From the NCBI GenBank assembly GCA_951406725.2, contig OX597814.1, positions 205,406,001 to 205,470,000 of the forward strand: 64,000 nucleotides of DNA, written 5' to 3'. The position numbers were made by a program, and so were the translations under genes. Below are positions 13,222-25,734 of this stretch, piece after piece; the first letter of the stretch is position 1, and the number at the start of each line of letters is the position of its first letter. The stretch is from Octopus vulgaris (taxonomy: Eukaryota). The notes under the pieces are model-generated. The model was not told the origin of the DNA and did not search any database. It worked only from the letters and a program-made list of their open reading frames with translations.

Positions 13222-14114
13222 TAAAAGAACAGAGGATAGTGTTAAGTACAAATCACCGACAGACAAATTCCTTTTCACGCAGGTCCCTTATGTGATCCCC
13301 AGTAGCCTCAGTTCAAGATTGCCTCTGTCCTCCGTCAAACTGAGATGAAACCCCATGAGACAGAATGTCTGGTGTAGTGGGTATTGTTGGTTGGTCTTCA
13401 AGGTGATACTTTTTGTGGATTTTTTACTTGCTATGTATTGGCTTTTGCAAGCCTTCTTTAGCTTTTGCAAGCTCTCAATGGTCTTTGCAAGCCCTCCTAG
13501 ATCGGTGAGCTTGATGCCACCTTCACTGTCTCGTTTCAAATATTGCAAGTCAACACATACAGCAAAGAGAGATTTCAGAAGGTTGATGTTCTAGGGAGAC
13601 AGGACTGAGCGTACATTTAGTGTAAGTACCAGTGAGGTGGGCATAACAAGCAAAGAAATGGATGGGGATGGGGACAGACGAGTGATATGGGAATGCTTGA
13701 ATGAAAGTGTTACAAAGATAGCTAACTCTGAGGAACAGGGGCCATTTTAGAGGCACTAGTAAAGGTATAGAGAAAGACAGCATGACAATGGGCCAGGCAC
13801 TGAGTGGTGCTTGTGAATGATTGTGAAGAGTGGCTCTTCTCTGGATGTTTTCCAGGATGACTGCTTATTTAAAAAATTAAGATACAATCATCTTAGTTTA
13901 TATTTCAGACAGGGCAAATAAATCGTGTGATTGAATGGCATCATTTCACAGATGAGCGACTTATTTTCCTTGAACTAGTCAAGCGTTGTCCTGTCCTAAC
14001 ACCTATCGTCACCGCGAGGAGACCAACAGTTTCCTGAAGGAACAGAAAACCAGCAGTTCTTGTAGGATGGTTGATTGGCAGATTTGTTAGAGCGTCTGAA
14101 AAAAAACAAAAAAA

Positions 14115-14591
14115 AAAAAAGAAGCATTTGCGACATTCAGTCAGGTTTTTATGTTCTGAGTTCAAGGACTAGCCAAGGTCAACTACCTTTCATCCTACCA
14201 ATGTCAATATAAAAAATAAAAAAAAAAATATTGCACAAGAGCTGAGATCGATATAATCAACTACTTCCTCCCTCCAAAATTTCAGACTCTGTGCCACGTT
14301 AGAAACAATGAAATAATTTAATGTTTTGGGACTGAACCTCTCTCTCTTTCTCTCCCACCGTGTGTGTGCACGTGTGTTTGTGTAATGGGGGAGAAAATGC
14401 TAGTGCCAGCGTAAACTACAGTCACGTTCTGAGTTCAAATTCCGCCGAGGTCGACTTTGCCTTTCATCCTTTCGGGGTCGATAAATTAAGTACTAGTTAC
14501 GCAGTGGGGTCGATGTAATTGACTTAATCCCTTTGTTTGTCCTTGTTTATCCCCTCTATGTTTAGCCCCTTGTGGGCAATAAAGAAATAAG
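14115..14591 (+). mobile_element. Two SINE family B fragments (old about 14115-14310; young, 5'-truncated about 14424-14591)
   Basis: Central domain and tails recognisable. Confidence 0.8.
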
Positions 14592-15926
14592 AACAGTGCT
14601 CAAACAGATCGCATACTTAAACTACAGCTTCTAAATAAGATTAAAGTACTCCAGAAGTGAATGAGTTGGTTAAAAGAAAGACAAAATTCGGGTGGATATC
14701 GAAAAGGAAAGAAGGAGAAACAGCCATAAGAGCAAGGAATGCATTAAAAAATGTTACACATACTTCCTATCTATCTATTGATCGATCGATACATCTGTCT
14801 ATCGCCCCTCTCCACAGCAGATAGCAAACTATCACGATTCTCCCCAGCTATTTATTAGCCAAGGGAAACAACTCTAATATATAGAATTGTCTTCCTTTCT
14901 TGATATTCGGGGTTGGTTACTTCTTATATCATTGACGCATTCATGGAATCGTCCATGGCTTACCGATTCCCATCATATAAATTTCCAAAATAAAATTTTA
15001 ATATATATTTATTAAAAAATTTCTTGATTTAAAAATAATTATTCCTTTGTTCTTTTGTGTCATTACCACTTTTTAATAAGTAATATTTAAAGAAATTTGA
15101 TGAAAGCGCATAACGAAATTGAAAAAGGAAGAATAAAAATTCAATTATATTTGATATAGTTGGGATATCGAACCACTGGTTAACCACATAGACGCTCAGG
15201 AATATATACTGACCCCTTAGCGGACCCCTGTTTCAGACAGTCATAAACTTATAGATTCTAACTCATCTACATAATTGGGTCCAGACTAAGTTTCAGTTGT
15301 TACATCAGAGTTTTCCTTTTCCTAATAGAGAGATGTCTATACCTCTATACTTGAGATCTCTCACCTCAGTTTTTGGATGATTGACGATACTACTGAGTTT
15401 ATCCATCCTTTGGCAGGTTTTGTTTTCTTTCCTGCAGAGTGTCTAATGAAGGCCACCCACCTCAGACGCCAAAAGCCCGACCATGCAAATACATGATCAG
15501 AGATACATACATACATACTTGCTCTATCCAGATTACAAGTTTAGGTTTATACCTGTAATTACTGAGAAAGCTATTTATACCCGTAATTAGGAGAAAGCTA
15601 ATTCGAAGGCTACAGATTCAATCCATCACTGGAAGTGTAAAAATCTATAAAACTTTCCAGAAGTTTATCATTTAAATATATATGAACATGTCTAGATATG
15701 TAACTATATGCATGAGAATACATACATAGAACATAAAAATCTGCACATACATATATACATGCATACATGCATGCATACATACATACAAACAAAAATACCC
15801 TGTTGTTGATGTTGAAATTCCAATGATGGAACCTTGGATCTAGGTTAGAAACCGGTTCTTTGTTGGCAAGAAATCTTGAAATAAACTGACTGATGACAGA
15901 CGTACATACACACGTGTATGTATGCA

Positions 15927-16113
<187 letters not shown>

Positions 16114-16523
16114 CAAATATAATAGCTACTTACATATGTGCTTGTATGTATGCATACACACAATCTCCATCTTTATGCTTGCCATGTCAATATGTCTGAG
16201 TGTATATACAAGAAATAAAAGTAATCCAAACAAACAAGTAAAGGATTTAGAATTTTATTTTAAGCTGAGATTATTCCTTCATCATAACACATAGTTGATA
16301 CTGATACATACATACTCACACATACACATATACGTATATATTATATATATGTATACACACATGTATATATGTTCATGCATATGTGTGTGTGTGTTTATAT
16401 ATATATACATAAATATATATACATATATATCTATATATGTATATATATTTATAGACAGATAGGTAGATATACATGTATGTATATGTATGTGTGTGTATAT
16501 ATATATATATACATATATATATA

Positions 16524-16724
16524 CTGGAGTAAACACATAAATGTGAAACAAGGTGGAAAAAAGAGTACTCAAATACCAGTGGTAGAGTAATATGCTTTAT
16601 TTAAAGCAGCAGAAAATTCAACAAAACCTGTTACTCTGAGTCTTCCGTTGCCGTTCATCGGACAATTTTTGCTAGAATGGGGAAACTCAGAGTAACAGGT
16701 TTTGTTGAATTTTCTGCTGCTTTA
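16524..16724. mobile_element. Non-autonomous Penelope-type fold-back element in (TA)n
   Basis: Perfect 40-bp inverted arms 16602-16641/16685-16724; same family at 57638-57767, 38071-38157, 24714-24792. Confidence 0.7.
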
Positions 16725-16874
16725 CATATATATATATATATATATATTCAACACAGAGCAAATAATTCATGAAAAAAATAATTTGTGAAGATACCGTTGA
16801 CTCTGTTTTTATCTAGTGTAACAATTTAAAAATAATAATATAGACAATTGTAGGCCCGCTCCCCAAAACATTAA

Positions 16875-17027
16875 ATAGCTGAAGGATTAAAATTAATCAA
16901 AGGACATACTAAGTATGTCTACCTGCTGGAAATAACAGTCAAAACTCTAAATAAGAGTTTTGACTATTATTTCTAACAGGTAGTCATACTTAGTATGTCC
17001 TTTGATTCATTTTAATTCTTCAGCTAT
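16875..17027. repeat. Long hairpin, 74-bp arms, 5-nt loop
   Basis: 16875-16948 versus 16954-17027, 6 mismatches by manual alignment. Confidence 0.9.
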
Positions 17028-17113
17028 GTATATATGTATATGTGTATATATATGTATATATATGTATACACATACATGCCCATGCACACACACATACATA
17101 TTTGCACGTATGT

Positions 17114-17170
<57 letters not shown>

Positions 17171-17178
17171 GTGTGTGT

Positions 17179-17440
17179 GGAGGCGCATGGCTTAGTGGTT
17201 AGGGTGTCAGCACCATGATCATAAGATTGTGGTTTCGATTCCTGGACTGGGCAACACGTTGTGTTCTTGAGCAAAACACTTCATTTCACGCCAGCTCCAG
17301 TCCACTCAGCTGGCAAAAATGAGTAACGCTGTGATAGACTGGCGTCCTGCCCAGCTGGGGGGAACACATACGCCATAGAAACCGGGAAACCGGACCCATG
17401 AGCCTAGCTAAGCTTTAAAAGGGTGCATTTATTTATTTTA
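17179..17440 (+). mobile_element. SINE family D (tRNA head, tgtgttcttgagcaaaacact domain)
   Basis: A box TGGCTTAGTGG, B box GGTTTCGATTCC, (ATTT)n tail; related heads at about 1955-2215(-), 4140-4715(-, two copies), 28430-29290(+, interrupted), 54655-54900(+). Confidence 0.8.
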
Positions 17441-17441
17441 C

Positions 17442-17504
<63 letters not shown>

Positions 17505-17925
17505 CACACACACACCTTAAGAAGACATTCCTGCTGGTAGGGATAGGATTAAACCTTTTTGTAGATCTGATATATCTAGTAGGTCTATTCTAAATATATA
17601 CAAATAGCAAATAGTCAGTACTAACATTATGTTGAGAGTCAAAAATGTTAAATAAAAATAACTTCAGAGTTGTTTCCCCTGCCTTTTGTTTACCAGAATT
17701 TTTTTTTTCTCCTCGCTATGAGGGTAGTTTTAATTAATTAAAATTCTTTGGCTTGCTACATTATGTTAGTGCCTATTTAACAATTCTAAACATAGGTTAG
17801 TAACAAGAATGTAATAAGAGATTATAATATTCTTCAGAGAGGAATTATAGCTTTTGATGTTTGCCATTTTGCCATTCCATCAACAACAATTCCATCAGAA
17901 TGTCTGTATGATAGACAGAGATATT

Positions 17926-18069
17926 TCAGAGAGTTGAGTAACAGCAGCATTGTGGTGGTGGTGGTAGTGGTGGTGGCAGTGGTGTTGGTGGTGGTGTTGG
18001 TGTTGTTGATGGCGTTGGTATTCTCGTTTCCTGCAAGTTGCTGTAAGACTGTAGCAGTTCAAGAAGTGT
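17926..18069 (-). CDS. Gene A terminal coding exon
   Basis: aatttcattacag|ACA acceptor, phase 0, [47 protein letters not shown] with TGA at 17928-17926. Confidence 0.7.
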   Translation of the reverse strand, partial: TLLELLQSYSNLQETRIPTPSTTPTPPPTPLPPPLPPPPQCCCYSTL

Positions 18070-18667
18070 CTGTAATGAAATTAATTATAATCAAATGTGA
18101 ATAAAGGAAAAAAAAATCACCCATTGAAAACAGTATACATGCATGCACACAAAAACACACACACATGCACACACACATACATGCATGGATGCGTACGCAT
18201 GCACTCACACACACGCACACATGCATGCACACACATGCATGCATGCATGCACACACATGCACGCATGCACAGACACACACACACACACATTCTTTCTCAT
18301 TCAGACACATAAACACACAAATGCACATACACACTAATGCATATATATATATACATGTCCTTTTGTTCCTCTTACGCCTGTTTTCCCATGCTAGCATGAG
18401 TTCAGTGAGTACCTATCGTGAGGCATGGTCTTACAGTCAGATACTCTTACCTGCTTTGCAAGTAAATCGAAATTTATTCCACATATCTTTGAAAGTGCAG
18501 AGCTTGCAGACAATTTTTAAATTATCGTTGTTTGTAGTACAACGCCTTTTACATGCAGAGAAGGATGAAAATATTTCGACAAATTAAATTTAAATGTTGA
18601 AGTGAATCTAACGGATTTTGTGTTTTTAAATGGCTTATAGACACCTTCCATGCTGCAACTGTATATA

Positions 18668-18716
<49 letters not shown>

Positions 18717-19247
18717 TGTTGTCGTTTAGCGTCTGCTTTCCATGCTGGCATGGTTTGGACGGTGTGACTGACGACTGGCAAACCAGATGGCTGCATCAGG
18801 CTCCAATCTGATCAGGCAGTGTTTCTACAGCTGGATGCCCTTCCTAACACCAACCATTCCTAGAGTGTAGTGGGTGCTTTTATGTGCCACAGGCATGGGA
18901 GCCAGTCAGGCGGTTCTTGCAATGATTATGCTCAAAAGGTATTTTTTATGTGCTATCTGCATGGGAACCAGTCTGCTGGCACTGGCAACAACCATGCTCG
19001 AATGTTGATTTATCACATACCACCGGCACATTTGCCAGTAAGGTGATGCTGGCAACAATCACGGTCAAATAATGGTGTAAAGTAATTGGTGTTCGGAAGA
19101 GCATCCTAGTATAGAAGCCATGTCAAAAGACATTGAATGTCAGCACAGTCTTCTGGATCATCTAACCCATGTTAGTAAGGAATACACACATTAAATGATG
19201 ATTATGTATGTAAGTATGTATGCATGTATGTACATATGTATGCATGT

Positions 19248-19284
<37 letters not shown>

Positions 19285-19288
<4 letters not shown>

Positions 19289-19625
19289 CAAATATACATA
19301 TATGTATATACATACAAATATACATATATGTATATACATACAAATATACATATATGTATATACATACAAATATACATATATGTATATACATACAAACATA
19401 CATATATGTATATACATACATACATATATATATGTATGTACACATACATACATATATATATGTATGTACACATACATACATATATATATGTATGTACACA
19501 TACATACATATATATATGTATGTACACATACATACATATATATATGTATGTACACATACATACATATATATATGTATGTACACATACATACATATATATA
19601 TGTATGTACACATACATATATATAT
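19285..19625. repeat. TA-derived higher-order minisatellite (26-bp then 28-bp units)
   Basis: catacaaatatacatatatgtatata about x4, then catacatacatatatatatgtatgtaca about x7. Confidence 0.85.
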
Positions 19626-19812
19626 GTATATATACATATGATCATCATCATCGTTTAATGTCTGCCTTAGATGATGATGATGATGATGATATATATGTAT
19701 ACATACCTAAGACCATATGCTTGGGAAGTAAACTTCTTAACGCACAGACATGTTTGCACCTAAATATAGTCACAATCAACATCGATAAATTTAAAATAGG
19801 CTATCCACTTAC

Positions 19813-19995
19813 CTTTGCTTGATGGTTCAGGTCTGTCTCAACTAAAAACATACGATATGTTTCATCAAGCCAGCTTGTGGTGCTTGTTGCTGGCTGATTA
19901 AGTAGAGTTCGGCTAACCAGTGAAGTATGAACAGAATCACATCTATGGTCTCTACCACTGTCATTAAAAGGATCCACATTTTTATTGTCTTCTAC
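19813..19995 (-). CDS. Gene A exon
   Basis: ttttatttaattcag|GTA acceptor, GCAAAG|gtaagt donor, 183 nt, phase 0-0: [19 protein letters not shown]...ETDLNHQAK. Confidence 0.8.
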
Positions 19996-20139
19996 CTGAA
20001 TTAAATAAAACAGAAAAAAACTCACTTAACGAACAAATGGGGGGGGGGGTAAAAGTGAATTATACTATTTTATTGCCGACACAACCAATTAGCTGAACTA
20101 TTACACACAAGTAATTTTTTTTTTAATATTTTTTATTTT

Positions 20140-20320
20140 TTACTTGTTTCAATTATTAGACTGCAGCCATGCTGGAGCACTGCCTAGAAGAATTGTTGCT
20201 CAGTTGAAGTACTTTTTTCCTTCTTTAAGCTCAGTACTTATCCCATTAATCTCTTTTGCCAAACTGCTAAGTTACAGGGACGTAGACAAACAAATACTGG
20301 CTGTTCAGCAGTGGTGGGAG

Positions 20321-20362
<42 letters not shown>

Positions 20363-20520
20363 CAACAGGCTTCAATCAATTTCCGTCTACCAAAATTACT
20401 CACAAGGCCTTGGTCTGCCCAAGTCAATAATAGAATACACTTACCCAAGGTACCACCTGGTGGGACTGAACCCTGAACCACGTGGCTGGGAAGCAAGCTT
20501 TTTACCACACAACCATGCCT
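20140..20520 (-). mobile_element. SINE family A (diverged)
   Basis: Similarity to other family A copies. Confidence 0.85.
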
Positions 20521-21621
20521 GGTGAATATTTTTTTAAAAATCTATTTCAGTTGAAGTTATGATATTTTATAAATGTGTGTGTGTGTGTGTGTTTTCTAAT
20601 ATACATAGCTGAATTAAAAAAATTTTTTTTTTGTGGTCATAAATTACTGGAGTCTGCTATAAACTGAAGGGTTGCATTGCTGGAACTGTTCTGAATAAGT
20701 GTTGAATAAAAGATGGTTATGATAGAAAATGAAGAGGCTGTAAAACAGTTAGCTTACATATAAGATCCAGACTATCTGTGAGCATGAGATGTCTTGAAAA
20801 GGTCTGCTTGAGTATTTCTCTAGAAGATTCCTTCACTTCTGTTGTGTTATTATGATGAGGGTATGTAAGATTTAAGTGTTCTTAATCTTTAGCCATCCTA
20901 ATCACTTGATTAATCCCTTCATCTTCCACATCATCATCATTTTCCCTTACCCTCTCCATTACCATCACCACCACTGCTGCCACCGCCACCAACACCACCA
21001 CCATTACCACCACCATCACCACCACCATCATCATCATTACCACCACCATCATTGTCGTTGTCATCACTGCCACCACCACTATCATCATCATCATCATTGT
21101 TATTCCCTCACAACATCCAGACTGAGTCCCAAAACTAAATCTTTTACCTTTACTCATTGACTTATCCACCTTAATCTTTTAATACACCCGCCACTCCCAC
21201 TGCTTGACTGAGAGATATCTCTTAAACATTTCTTCTTAAAACCATCATAGTCAAGTTTTACATGGTCACTTGTCTTTCAAAACATAGTAGCCAAATCGCC
21301 TTCACTCCTCATGTTACTGTCTTAAAAAGGGAAGAATAGATTAGATAAGATAGTTTTAGCTTCAGGTAAGCTATGTCTGCAAAATAAGCAGATCTGATAT
21401 ATATAATGGACTTATTTTGTACAGTGCTCAGGTGCACTACAACTCATGATAAAAAGTAGCCAAAATGTGGGTGAATAATACATAGAATAATGCACAGAAA
21501 ATAAGGAGTGAAGGAATTGGTCAAACAAGAGGGTGGGTATCAGGGGTATTAGTGGTGAATTTTGGGAAGCATGGAAGTTTTAATAATAATAATAATAATA
21601 ATAATGAAATTATTTTATATA

Positions 21622-21848
21622 TATTTCTTTATTGCCCTCAAGGGGCTAAACATAGAGGGGACAAACAAGGAGAGACAAAGGAATTAAGTCGATTATATCA
21701 ACCCCAGTGTGTAACTGGTACTTAATTTATCGACCCCCGAAAGGATGAAAGGCAAAGTCGACCTCAGCGGAATTTGAACTCAGAACATAATGACAGATGA
21801 AATACCGCTAAGCATTTCACCCAGCGCGCTAACGTGTCTGCCAGCTCG
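21622..21848 (-). mobile_element. SINE family B inserted into a CR1 3' tail
   Basis: Flanked by near-identical ataatgaaattat..tatata at 21601-21621 and 21849-21869. Confidence 0.85.
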
Positions 21849-22330
21849 ATAATGAAATTATCGTATATATTGCTCAGGTGCACTACAAGTCATCAAAGGT
21901 GCATGTACAATACATAGAATTATGTACAAAAGTCAGGAAAGTGAACAGTAGTGTTCTGATACAGCTATCAACTGATTGTGGGTAGTTTTTTTTGTGCTTC
22001 AGCAATTCTGAGCATCAAAAAATGTTTCTGATTTACAAGATCAGAGTTGACCTGGGTTTAAATAATAACAATCACCTTTATTATAAATTAAACTTTAATA
22101 TTCTCTTATGAAACACATTATTGATGGCTCAAGGACAGAAAGTTTTGTGCACGGTGTATATCAAACTGGTTTAGTAAAATAGCATTCATACATACACAAA
22201 TGCACACATTCATACATATACATACATTACACACACATACATACATGTATGCATGCATATATACATGCATACATACATATATATACATACATTAATACAT
22301 ACATATATAAGATATATATATATATATATA

Positions 22331-23266
22331 TTGTATTTCGGAATGGTCATTTTGCCAGTTTAGTCAATAAAAACACTTGCACTATATATTTGGTGTTACT
22401 TTGCTTCAGCGTTATTTATTTTTTACATTAATCTTAATCTTATTTCGGCTAGAGTTCTTTCGTCACACTCCTGTGACCGCATCAGTGGTCCTTTGCTTTC
22501 ATCTTTCTTATGTGTGTCTCTCTCCTTACTAACCGTCAGCCATTTTGTATTTCTATTATACAAATACCAGAGTGTCATGTTCGTTGACACCACCCCTAGA
22601 GGTGAACTGGTGTACCACTTTAGAAGGACCCTAGACAAACTTAAGCTAAGGATTAAGGTTGTTGAAAAGCCAGGCAACACTATCAAATCCATAATCGGTA
22701 GAACCTACCCTTTTAGTAGAACCCCCTGTATGGATAGGTACTGTACTGTATGTAAATTTAGCCCACAAACAAACTGTAAAGCCAGAAATGTAGTCTATAG
22801 TATAAGATGTATAGAGGGACGATGCAGTAACAAGACAACGACATACATAAGGGAAATGGCACGAAGCATAGGAGAGCGAATAAATGGACATTGGAGAGAA
22901 CTTAAGGGAGGAAAGAGCTCATCGATTCTATACCAACACGCCGAGCAGGAACACAGGGGCTCAATCAACAACATAGAAGTTAAAATCTTGTCCACACATA
23001 GAACAGACGCAACAATCAGACAAATTACGGAAGCTACACACATAATAGAAGATAAACCTAGCCTGAATAGGAAACTAGAATGGAACACTAGCACACACCA
23101 CAACATATGACAGAAGAGGATCCCCATAAACTGGTTACAATATAAACAAAACTGAAAACATAATAAATAAGATAAAATACACAGATAAATAAACAAATAG
23201 AAGTAAATAACTATACATTTAAAAAAAAATATTAAAAAAAATTTTTTTTAATTTAAAAATTTTTTA

Positions 23267-23325
<59 letters not shown>

Positions 23326-23833
23326 TAGTATTGTTGTTATACATACATACATACTTAATAGTAATAATAATGATAATAATAATAATAATAATAATAAGTG
23401 GATGTAAACACATGAACAAAATAAGAATAAACAAAAACAAATTACACGAACATATATAAACAGAAGATACAAATATTACAGGCTTTCCGCCCCCCACACA
23501 CACTAACTAAACATAGATGCACATAGCGATATACGCATGCTCAAATGAAGACACATACAATAGGAATACAAAATGGCTGACGGTTAGTAAGGAAAGACAC
23601 ATAAATAAAAAAGAAGAAAGCAAAGGGCCACTGATGCGGTCACAGGAGTGTGATGAAAGAACTCTGGCCGAAATAAGATTAAGATTAATGTAAAAAATAA
23701 ATAACACTGAAGCAAAGTAACACCAAATATATAGTGCAAGTGTTTTTATTGGCTAAACTGGCAATATGACCATTCCGAAATACAACAATATCTGTTTCAA
23801 CACACGATTTCACATAAAAATCTTGCACAACAA
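22331..23833 (+). mobile_element. Penelope-like element, 5'-truncated, with inverted pseudo-LTRs and GIY-YIG endonuclease ORF (22561-23110)
   Basis: Inverted arms 22331-22560 and 23556-23785; ORF has CxxxxCxxC linker, NVVYSIRC..C..YIRE..RS..ER..H and H/H of CCHH, E..I..P.LN; flanked by (TA)n. Confidence 0.9.
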
Positions 23834-23949
23834 ATATATATATATTTATATATTATATATGTATGGATGTATGTATGTATGTATGTACATATGTATGTAT
23901 GTATATATGTATATATGTATGTATAGATGTATGTATGTATGTATGTATG

Positions 23950-24470
23950 TCAGGTCACTTTCAAGTGCTACTGGTAACATGTAACCCAGTACAACCTGTT
24001 GCATGGTCGGGCTGTCGGCAACTAAACCGGCAACCCCACCAAGCTTGCTTGGTGAGGAGGGTGTTTATTGGACACCATGCGGGATGAAAAACAAAATCCG
24101 TCAAAGGGCGGAGAAACTCTTGAAAGTCAACGGCCATCCGATAAATGTGTATTTTTTTTCTTCTCTTAAGGCTTAAGGCTGTATCATGCGCGGGGACTCC
24201 TAGCCTTTGTTAGGGCATCCTTCTAGGAGAAGGTAACTCAGGTAACTAGGATAACTCCGACATAAAACCTGCGGCTCAGTGGTTACCGATGATGTTGACT
24301 TGTTCTTCTTTTCAGATTATGGCTGCTGTTGCTTAGTGAGTGGGATTGATTCAGTGCGCAGCCTTTCCTCACTTTAAAAAAATCTTCTTGCACAGGCATT
24401 GCACGATAACAACATTGATTAAGCTTCGTGCAATGGCCATACTCAATAACGAGGGGGCAGCCACCATATA
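23950..24470 (+). mobile_element. Probable RTE 5'UTR-like element
   Basis: ggcaaccccacc..ggtgaggagggtg and ctaggagaaggtaactc motifs resemble RTE 5' regions; diverged relative on minus at about 15290-15490. Confidence 0.45.
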
Positions 24471-24594
24471 TATGTATATATATGTGCATATATAAGTGTG
24501 TATATATATGCATATATATGTGTGTATATATATGTGTATATATATATGCATATATGTGTGTATATATATGTGTATATATATATGTATGTATGTG

Positions 24595-24651
<57 letters not shown>

Positions 24652-24790
24652 TCTTAATTGATGAAGTTGCAACATCACAAAAACTGTTACTCAGAGATAT
24701 ATTTGCATTTATTAATAAAGCATATTACTCTACCTCCAGTATTTGAGCACTATTTTTTTCCACCTTGTTTTGCATTTATGTGCTTACCTT

Positions 24791-24833
<43 letters not shown>

Positions 24834-25268
24834 ATATATAGATGTATGTATGTGTGTATATATATATATATGTATATACATATATACACACACATACACA
24901 CTTATATATTGGTAAAAATAATATATACACACACACACATATATATACATAAATATATGTAAAAATGATTTGAGTATGCATTCTCACACTAAGTGAAATG
25001 ACAATGGGATCTAATGAAGGACTTATTTAATGAGTCACCTGAGGAGGTTCATTTTATACCTGGGATGAATGGTGATAATTACACATCTCACCAATGTACA
25101 ATGGTTGTAAAAATGTGTCAAAAGAATTGCAGTGTTTTAGTTCATTCTGTTGTCTATCATTTAACTATATAAGCCTTATGTACATGCATATGTGTGTGTG
25201 TCTGCATGTGTGTGTGTGTGTGTGAATTAGGCAAGAATATTGAATGCTATTAAATATCATGATATGAC

Positions 25269-25580
25269 TGGTACCACGTATAAAGCACCCATGCTGGTGC
25301 CATGTGTAAAGCACCCGTTCTGGGGTCACATATAAAGCACCTGTGCTGGTGCCACATATAAAGCACCCATGCTGGTGCCATGTGTAAAGTACCTGTTCCG
25401 GTGTCACATATAAAGCACCCGTGCTGGTGCTATGTGTAAAGCACCCGTTCTGGTGCCACGTATAAAGCACCCATGATGGTGCTATGTGTAAAGTACCCAT
25501 TCTGGTGCCACATATAAAGCACCCGTGCTGGTGCCATGTGTAAAGCACCCGTGCTGGTGCCACATATAAAGCACTGGTGT
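25269..25580 (+). repeat. Minisatellite, 12 x 26 bp
   Basis: Unit tggtgccacatataaagcacccgtgc, head-to-tail, within a family C element. Confidence 0.9.
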
Positions 25581-25734
25581 TGGTGGCATGTAAAAAGGCA
25601 CCCAGAACACTGTGTAAAGTGGTTGGCATTAGGAAGGACATCCAGCCCTAGAAACTAGGCCAAAACAGAAAAGTTGGAGCCGGGTGCTACTATTGCTGAC
25701 AAAAGCTTGTGATGAGTATCTTTCATTTCCAATA

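Noticed and set aside
13224-13860. 86-aa minus ORF / possible LINE endonuclease remnant
   Set aside because: In-frame stops and only a vague LNVRS motif; cannot be assigned
15808-15860. Hammerhead-like ATGATGG-AACCT..AGGTT-AGAAACCGGTTC
   Set aside because: Core deviates at several positions and stem I is unconvincing; likely a decayed Penelope remnant only
17179-17250. tRNA gene
   Set aside because: A/B boxes belong to a SINE head; no cloverleaf acceptor stem evident and it continues into the SINE body. The same holds for families A and B
20758-20838. Extra gene A exon (VKESSREILKQTFSRHLMLTDSLDLI)
   Set aside because: Only open as phase 1-1, while the flanking exons are phase 0
25269-25580. 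CRISPR-like regular repeats
   Set aside because: Units are head-to-tail with no unique spacers, lie inside an RTE-type 3'UTR, there are no cas genes, and the context is eukaryotic
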